Of a stretch of 32,000 nucleotides of DNA, positions 27,133-32,000 are shown in pieces. The DNA comes from Bacillus subtilis subsp. subtilis str. 168 (GTDB lineage Bacteria; Bacillota; Bacilli; Bacillales; Bacillaceae). Every line of letters begins with the position of its first letter. Position 1 is the first letter of the stretch. The stretch is from the NCBI RefSeq assembly GCF_000009045.1, contig NC_000964.3:2190001-2222000 (forward strand), written 5' to 3'. The notes under the pieces were generated by a model. The model saw only the letters and a list, made by a program, of their open reading frames with translations. It ran no database searches and was not told the origin of the DNA. A program made the translations under genes and the position numbers.

Positions 27133-27639
27133 CTATCCTTCCCAGGTAATAATATAATTGAGTGGTTCTAACCCCTTTTCTAAACAAAGAACCGTGTACT
27201 CAAATTCTAAATCAAGGATTTCTCCTTCCCATGCCTCATCGAAATTCCCTGACCCTCTTTCTTTTCGATCAATGAAATAGTCCCTCTTCATCTCAATGAT
27301 TTGTTTTTCAAGATCTTCAAATCCCGTAGAATAATCTTGATCAGTATTATGAATTTCTTCATCAATTTTATCGAGTGCAGCGTAAACTTCTTCGTCAGAC
27401 ATGCAATCAACTTGTGAATGCGTGTATCCCAGATTAAGCAGGTCATTTCGGCAGTTATTTGAAATGCTTCCTTGTAATCTATTTGTAAGACTAGACTCAA
27501 ATTTTTCAAGCTGTGATTCCAGCTCAATACGATTGGATTTAAGAGCATCAAGATTAGTATCTAACTCACAGTATTGTGTATTAATTTCATTTTCCAATTC
27601 ATCAAGTCTAGACTCCAGATTAAAAAGTTGCGCATTCAT
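27133..27639 (-). CDS. Coiled-coil phage protein (YonX position)
   Basis: 168 aa: N-terminal coiled coil MNAQLFNLESRLDELENEINTQY. Confidence 0.65.
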   Translation of the reverse strand: MNAQLFNLESRLDELENEINTQYCELDTNLDALKSNRIELESQLEKFESSLTNRLQGSISNNCRNDLLNLGYTHSQVDCMSDEEVYAALDKIDEEIHNTDQDYSTGFEDLEKQIIEMKRDYFIDRKERGSGNFDEAWEGEILDLEFEYTVLCLEKGLEPLNYIITWEG

Positions 27640-27660
27640 TTTAACTACCTCCTGTTTTTA

Positions 27661-27679
27661 TACATATTATTTGTATTTG
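27661..27679. promoter_or_regulatory. Repeated operator-like element, copy D
   Basis: TACATATTATTTGTATTTG, between -10 and SD. Confidence 0.8.
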
Positions 27680-27687
27680 TTATTTAT

Positions 27688-27716
27688 ATTATAACTTGAT
27701 AATCTATAATAATCAA
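27688..27716 (-). promoter_or_regulatory. SigA-type promoter flanked by two repeated elements
   Basis: TTGATT-17 nt-TATAAT on minus strand. Confidence 0.8.
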
Positions 27717-27724
27717 TAATTAAA

Positions 27725-27743
27725 TACATATTTTTTGTATTTG
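27725..27743. promoter_or_regulatory. Repeated operator-like element, copy E
   Basis: TACATATTTTTTGTATTTG, upstream of -35. Confidence 0.8.
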
Positions 27744-27966
27744 ATATAGCGTTAATATTAATTGCTCATGAGGGGGTTTGGGGGTGGTGTGAGCAAAAAT
27801 TGTTCAGGTGAGGAACGAACCGTTTTGAACAATTAGCAGCACCCCCATTCTCTTATTTTATTATTTAATTTATTTACTTCTTTTCTTCTACGAGAGACCC
27901 CTATAAAACCCTTATGTACCAAGGGTTTCAAAAACGATTTATTGCTTTTTTTTTCATACGCTATTC

Positions 27967-29199
27967 TTATCTCTGGTTCTCTAACCAATCCATTAACAGC
28001 TTTCTCATTCGTGATGATGGGACATATATATTAATATCCTGTCCATTTCTTATAGCTGATCTCCAAATCCATTGAATCATCTCAGATAAAGCAAAATTGT
28101 CCTCGTTTATGATTATTCCCTTGGATCTAAAATAATCATCAATTGCAGGATTAACGAATCTGTTTATTGAATAAACCAAAGATCTTTTGTGACTGTATTC
28201 GTTCGTTGCTTTGATGTTACAGGCTAAAAAGCCTTTCGTATAACCTTTCCCACTTAGTTTACTTTTATGTGATTTAAAAGTTGTCCAAAGATTACCCTTA
28301 GACTTTGATTTAAGTATATTCTGGTAGTAATTCAGAATATTATTCTTAAGCCGTTTATGTAACACTGAACGTTTTTCAAACCAGTTTTTTGATAATGCAT
28401 AATAATCATCACCAATTTTATTCAAGTCACCTTCATATATTTTAATTTTATGTCTTAGGACATCCTTCTTTGCTTTATCAAATTGCCTACTGTGCTGCAT
28501 TAATTTATAACTGTCATTGTCTTTGACTACTGCATAAAGTTCATATTCTATTCCGTTAATGTCATAATAATATTTCTGAATCTGAGCATCAAACAAATAT
28601 GTAAGATTATAGACCTGTTTAAATTGGGCAAAGATGTCTGCAGGAAACTGCCAAAACAATACAGACTCATTATGCAAAATTAAGTTTTTACTCTTGGCCA
28701 AATGTTTAAGTGTTTGGAACTCTCCTTTATATTCCCTATTAAGATTTCTTTCTTGTTCATCATTCCAAATGATTGTGCCATTATTGTTCTTAATCCATTC
28801 ATTTTGGAACAGCATATCCAGATCATCCTTGGATATATTTAATTTCTTAACCACTTCCATAGTTTCATCCAGGATAAGAGTATAATTGCCTGAGTAAATC
28901 AATTCTTTAGTTGTTTCATTAGCCATACTGAATAAAGCATGAGTTGTTACAATGTCATTGTTATCTGCTAAATGTTTATGTAATGAATCCAGTTTATAGA
29001 GCGTTTCCCCTTCCTCACTATGTATTTTTGGTTCGTAAAACTTTCTATTCGTACATGACCTCTTTATTCTTGTTACCTCATCAAGATATGGTGTGATAAA
29101 GATAAAATGCTCATTCTTTGGTGCCTCATTCATCATCTTAATAATGTAAGTTGTTTTACCAGATCCCATAATAGAATCGATAACTTTAACTCTTTCCAT
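27967..29199 (-). CDS. P-loop helicase-like ATPase
   Basis: IDSIMGSGKTTYII (Walker A), FIFITPYLDEVTRIK, YTLILDETMEV (DE box), IIINEDNFALSEMIQWIWRSAIRNGQDINIYVPSSRMRKLLMDWL (C-terminal helicase-like). Confidence 0.8.
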   Translation of the reverse strand: MERVKVIDSIMGSGKTTYIIKMMNEAPKNEHFIFITPYLDEVTRIKRSCTNRKFYEPKIHSEEGETLYKLDSLHKHLADNNDIVTTHALFSMANETTKELIYSGNYTLILDETMEVVKKLNISKDDLDMLFQNEWIKNNNGTIIWNDEQERNLNREYKGEFQTLKHLAKSKNLILHNESVLFWQFPADIFAQFKQVYNLTYLFDAQIQKYYYDINGIEYELYAVVKDNDSYKLMQHSRQFDKAKKDVLRHKIKIYEGDLNKIGDDYYALSKNWFEKRSVLHKRLKNNILNYYQNILKSKSKGNLWTTFKSHKSKLSGKGYTKGFLACNIKATNEYSHKRSLVYSINRFVNPAIDDYFRSKGIIINEDNFALSEMIQWIWRSAIRNGQDINIYVPSSRMRKLLMDWLENQR

Positions 29200-29280
29200 A
29201 TATCCTCCTTATATTTTAATTTTGTATCGAAAAATAAGGAACGATAATTGCCTTACCGCTCCCTTATTTATAACGCATAT

Positions 29281-29469
29281 TTAATTATCCTTGTGTTGCT
29301 GCATGATTAATACTGAATCATCTTGTTTTACTTTGCTTATCTCTTCTCTGTACTCTAAAAGGTCTTTATCAATTCTGACAGTTGCTTCTTTGATGGAGTC
29401 AATATCTTTCTTGAGCATTTCCAATTCCTTTGTTAGCTGCTGAATAGCATCCAGGAATTTTTTCTCCAA
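29281..29469 (-). CDS. Small coiled-coil protein
   Basis: 62 aa: MEKKFLDAIQQLTKELEMLKKDIDSIKEATVRIDKDLLEYREEISKVK. Confidence 0.6.
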   Translation of the reverse strand: MEKKFLDAIQQLTKELEMLKKDIDSIKEATVRIDKDLLEYREEISKVKQDDSVLIMQQHKDN

Positions 29470-29513
29470 TCATCTCACCTCAATGATTTAATTATACCAT
29501 GAGGCCTATATGA

Positions 29514-29765
29514 TTAGTGTGACTTGTTTCTTAGTTTAAGGAATACACAATAGATGATCCATAACAATATGGCAATGATACATGTGACAACAAAAATTGT
29601 GTTGATTAGCGCCTGTCCTTCGCTGCTGAAGTAATCTTTGATGAGTTGAAACATTAAGAATAAGCCAATGAATGTGATATGGGTAAACCATAATGAGAAT
29701 CGTTTCATGTTTGCAATGTGCTTGATCATGTTATAATATGGGTAGGAACTAAAGGAGAAGTTCAT
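29514..29765 (-). CDS. yoyJ: YoyJ-like small membrane protein
   Basis: 83 aa, two hydrophobic segments, immediately downstream of yonT. Confidence 0.7.
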   Translation of the reverse strand: MNFSFSSYPYYNMIKHIANMKRFSLWFTHITFIGLFLMFQLIKDYFSSEGQALINTIFVVTCIIAILLWIIYCVFLKLRNKSH

Positions 29766-29849
29766 TCCCCTTTAGCTTAGCTCTCATCGGCGTATACGTT
29801 GGCGTTGTCTCTTTGGTCGGAGCCGCTTGCGTATACGCTTTTTCTTTTT
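29744..29849 (+). ncRNA. SR6-like antisense RNA antitoxin (boundaries inferred)
   Basis: Plus-strand extended -10 TGTTATAAT (29729-29737) with -35-like TTGCAA, and a terminator GCGTATACG...CGTATACGC-TTTTTCTTTTT ending near 29849; overlaps yonT 3' end and yoyJ 5' end. Confidence 0.7.
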
Positions 29850-29960
29850 GCTTGTCCCATTCTTTAGGTTTCTTACCTTCTCAACTATTGTTAGACTGTT
29901 GATTGTAAGAACCGTTAAAGATATGAGGAAAGCAACTACGATACCCATTTTCTCAAGCAC
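29784..29960 (-). CDS. yonT: YonT type I toxin, 58 aa
   Basis: GTG start after AAAGGAGG: MLEKMGIVVAFLISLTVLTINSLTIVEKVRNLKNGTSKKKKRIRKRLRPKRQRQRIRR. Confidence 0.9.
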   Translation of the reverse strand: MLEKMGIVVAFLISLTVLTINSLTIVEKVRNLKNGTSKKKKRIRKRLRPKRQRQRIRR

Positions 29961-30015
29961 TATGTACACCTCCTTTCCTATGACTCTATTATAACATAAT
30001 TCATGATTTTTATAT

Positions 30016-30034
30016 ACATATTTTTTATATTTGT
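30016..30034. promoter_or_regulatory. Repeated operator-like element, copy F, abutting the yonT -35 region
   Basis: TACATATTTTTTATATTTG; extended -10 TGTTATAAT at about 29988-29996 on minus strand. Confidence 0.7.
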
Positions 30035-30310
30035 GGTAAGTTATTTGTGTGTTGATGGATGGTATTAAGATGCCTTGTGTGCTGTTTGAATGAACAAGAA
30101 TACAATTGGATTGGGAATTGATTAAGGATGCTTAGAGAGGTGTTATATTGGCTCTGAGAGCGTGTTAATGTATGAGTGTGATTAGGTGGAATGTATGATG
30201 GGATCCGGTGTAAATTTTTCGTCTTCTTTCCTCAAGAAGTGAAATATGATACAAGGTAAAGCCTCCTACCAACAAAATAAAAACTTATGTTCGACTTTAT
30301 TTTCTAAAGA

Positions 30311-30333
30311 AAAGCCCCAAAATAGGGCTTGTT
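30311..30333 (-). terminator. yonS terminator
   Basis: Minus strand AAGCCC-TATTTTG-GGGCTT-TTCTTT. Confidence 0.75.
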
Positions 30334-30334
30334 T

Positions 30335-30946
30335 TTAATGCTCTAAGTTAATTTTTAAGTCTAGCTTGTCCCCTAAATTCTTTAAGTCCTCATTAAATGG
30401 AGAAGAGATTCTCAGCCGAATTGATTCTAAATCTTTTATATCCTCTTCGTTATCAAAAACATATATGATGGATCCACTATCATTTACTTTTCCTACGTAC
30501 TCGTCGAGAAGCCTGTCACTTTCCAACAATGATGGCTCATCGATTTGTACCCCAGTGCTTGTTGCTAATTGTGCTAGACTTGGTCTGAAACGAACTACTT
30601 CATCAGATGTATTTTCTGATTCAATTTGAACATCAATAAAAGGTAGTTGTTCGTTGGCAACAGCGGCAATTACTTTTTTTACAGTAAATTGGATCGGGCC
30701 AGTTTTCACAGTGGTTTCTTTATTGCTGATGGCCATTACTTTAGCTGTACCACCATCAATTTCATAAACATCCCCAACTTTTTCAGGACCATTAACTGAG
30801 ATGTCTTGGCTTTCTGATGTGTTGGTATCAGTTGCATTGTTTGTGTCTTCTGATGATGAAGAAGACTCTTCACTATTTTTGCAAGCTGCGAGCAATATCA
30901 GTGAAGTGATTAATAGTAAAATCCCCAATTTTTTAAACAATTTCAT
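30335..30946 (-). CDS. yonS: Lipoprotein (YonS)
   Basis: Lipobox LILLAAC; Ser/Thr/Asn-rich linker; C-terminal DUF4352/immunoglobulin-like appearance. Confidence 0.8.
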   Translation of the reverse strand: MKLFKKLGILLLITSLILLAACKNSEESSSSSEDTNNATDTNTSESQDISVNGPEKVGDVYEIDGGTAKVMAISNKETTVKTGPIQFTVKKVIAAVANEQLPFIDVQIESENTSDEVVRFRPSLAQLATSTGVQIDEPSLLESDRLLDEYVGKVNDSGSIIYVFDNEEDIKDLESIRLRISSPFNEDLKNLGDKLDLKINLEH

Positions 30947-31001
30947 TTCCCCTTTTTACTCCAGTTATTTTTTCTTTTCTTTCATTTAACTTAATGGTGT
31001 T

Positions 31002-31014
31002 AAACAGTTTGTTT
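31002..31014. promoter_or_regulatory. Candidate YonR operator copy 1
   Basis: AAACAGTTTGTTT, inverted exact 13-mer copy at 31510-31522. Confidence 0.55.
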
Positions 31015-31060
31015 TCTTTTTATTAAACAAATGTTTTACCAGAAGAATTAAGAATAGCTA

Positions 31061-31387
31061 CTAATGTTCTTCGAACTCTTTTTTTAAAAGATAATACAGT
31101 AACTCTTTAGCTTGCTCTTCCGAGATCATTCCATTATATCCAGCAATTAAAGTCTCTGGATCATTTAATATCTCATCGAGATCAAATTGTGCATGTGTGC
31201 CTTTTAGAAGAAAGTCAGTAGATACTCCTAATATATTGCTTAATTTAGTAAGGGTTTTTAAATCAGGTTCAGCCTTACCAATTTCATATTTCCCATATCC
31301 CTGTCTCGTAATTCCTAAGAAATCCGCCATCCGTTGCTGGCTATATCCTTTGGAGGTACGGCATTTTTTTAAACGTTCTCCAAACAT
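31061..31387 (-). CDS. yonR: YonR, Xre-family repressor-like protein
   Basis: MFGERLKKCRTSKGYSQQRMADFLGITRQGYGKYEIGKAEPDLKTLTKLSNILGVSTDFLL; start revised to the internal ATG at 31387. Confidence 0.85.
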   Translation of the reverse strand: MFGERLKKCRTSKGYSQQRMADFLGITRQGYGKYEIGKAEPDLKTLTKLSNILGVSTDFLLKGTHAQFDLDEILNDPETLIAGYNGMISEEQAKELLYYLLKKEFEEH

Positions 31388-31509
31388 AGTAGGTTCCTCA
31401 CTTTGACAATTATTATATAAGCAAATAGTTTCGTAAACAAAAAGAAGCAAAAAGTTTCATAAAATATATCGGGAGAAACTAAAGGTTTCTTTAATTGTTA
31501 ACAGTGTAG

Positions 31510-31522
31510 AAACAAACTGTTT
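31510..31522. promoter_or_regulatory. Candidate YonR operator copy 2
   Basis: AAACAAACTGTTT within AACAGTGTAGAAACAAACTGTTTACA, with GAAAC-TAAAG-GTTTC nearby. Confidence 0.55.
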
Positions 31523-31540
31523 ACAGAAGGAGATGTTGAT

Positions 31541-31594
31541 TTGAAAAAGAGAACCTTAGTTAAAGACAAGTTGCTGACTACCTTTCAAGGCTGA
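31541..31594 (+). CDS. Possible 17-aa peptide ORF
   Basis: TTG start 8 nt after AAGGAG: MKKRTLVKDKLLTTFQG*. Confidence 0.35.
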   Translation: MKKRTLVKDKLLTTFQG

Positions 31595-31837
31595 GATGGT
31601 CAGTAAATACAAGGGTTATATATGAAGATATGATATAGTAATGTAAGTGGATAAGAATAAATTATGTCTTCGATTCCCTCGGATTCGTTATAAATACGAT
31701 TATTTTTAATGAATGGTTATTCATTTTTAAATTGAAAAACAATTTATTTTTTAAAAATTAATTCTTGTGTTTGACCTGGAATTATGATAGCATTGGTGCA
31801 GACCTGCCCAAGTCATTAAATGCACGTATAATGTTCC

Positions 31838-31951
31838 TTATACACGCATTACAATACCAATATATGGGGGTATATTTACATCTAATGGTAAAATTAAGGG
31901 AACAGATGTACCCATAGCACTTCCATTTCCACACCCTATCCAAATTTTCAT
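31838..31951 (-). CDS. Possible 37-aa ORF overlapping an upstream stop by ATGA
   Basis: MKIWIGCGNGSAMGTSVPLILPLDVNIPPYIGIVMRV*; the upstream frame ending ...SDYDVKKGDFEVELGK* (stop 31948-31950) enters from beyond the window. Confidence 0.3.
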   Translation of the reverse strand: MKIWIGCGNGSAMGTSVPLILPLDVNIPPYIGIVMRV

Positions 31952-32000
31952 TTTCCTAATTCCACCTCAAAATCACCCTTTTTCACATCGTAATCGCTAT

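Noticed and set aside
27288-27551. Second minus-strand frame inside the 27133..27639 gene
   Set aside because: Out-of-frame overlap with the better-supported coiled-coil ORF; composition looks like frame-shifted translation.
29784-29860. CGTATACG repeats as an independent tandem-repeat element
   Set aside because: Fully explained by YonT basic C-terminal codons plus the antisense terminator stem.
31660-31760. Possible prophage attachment site near the CTTCGATTCCCTCGGATTCG stretch
   Set aside because: No second copy in the window and no agreement with any att sequence I can name; pure speculation.
1-32000. CRISPR arrays, tRNA or rRNA genes, insertion sequences
   Set aside because: No regularly spaced direct repeats, tRNA-like cloverleafs, or transposase/terminal inverted repeat pairs were seen on manual reading. 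A tool-based scan would be needed for certainty.

Overview
The window is almost certainly a segment of an SPbeta-like prophage or phage (Bacillus subtilis group). It runs, in reverse SPbeta orientation, from a yoqZ-type poly-gamma-glutamate hydrolase through yoqW/yoqV, the yoq/yop early genes, mrpR (yopR), yopQ, yopP, the arbitrium locus aimR-aimP-aimX, a variable small-gene region, and on to yonT/SR6, yonS and yonR. The strongest finding is a complete arbitrium lysis-lysogeny communication module: aimR, an unlisted 41-aa aimP ending in GMPRGA, and an ATCACT-N25-AGTGAT AimR operator. This is an already described system. I read several signals directly from the sequence: six copies of a 19-nt imperfect palindrome (TACATATTDTTTRTATTTG-like) at minus-strand promoters; a promoter flanked by two of these copies; a yonT type I toxin with an SR6-like antisense RNA whose terminator is built from the toxin's C-terminal codons; an HNH endonuclease ORF that continues in frame directly after the TAG of the preceding gene with no ATG/GTG/TTG start in the extension; and four small ORFs missing from the ORF track (41, 43, 49 and 59 aa), plus weaker 17-aa, 19-aa and 37-aa candidates. 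The least explained and most defence-like segment is 23.5-26.8 kb: a RES-domain-like protein, a small Xre-type protein and a large protein with a C-terminal HEPN-like RNxxxH motif. Gene names are from memory of SPbeta gene content and order. No database search was run.
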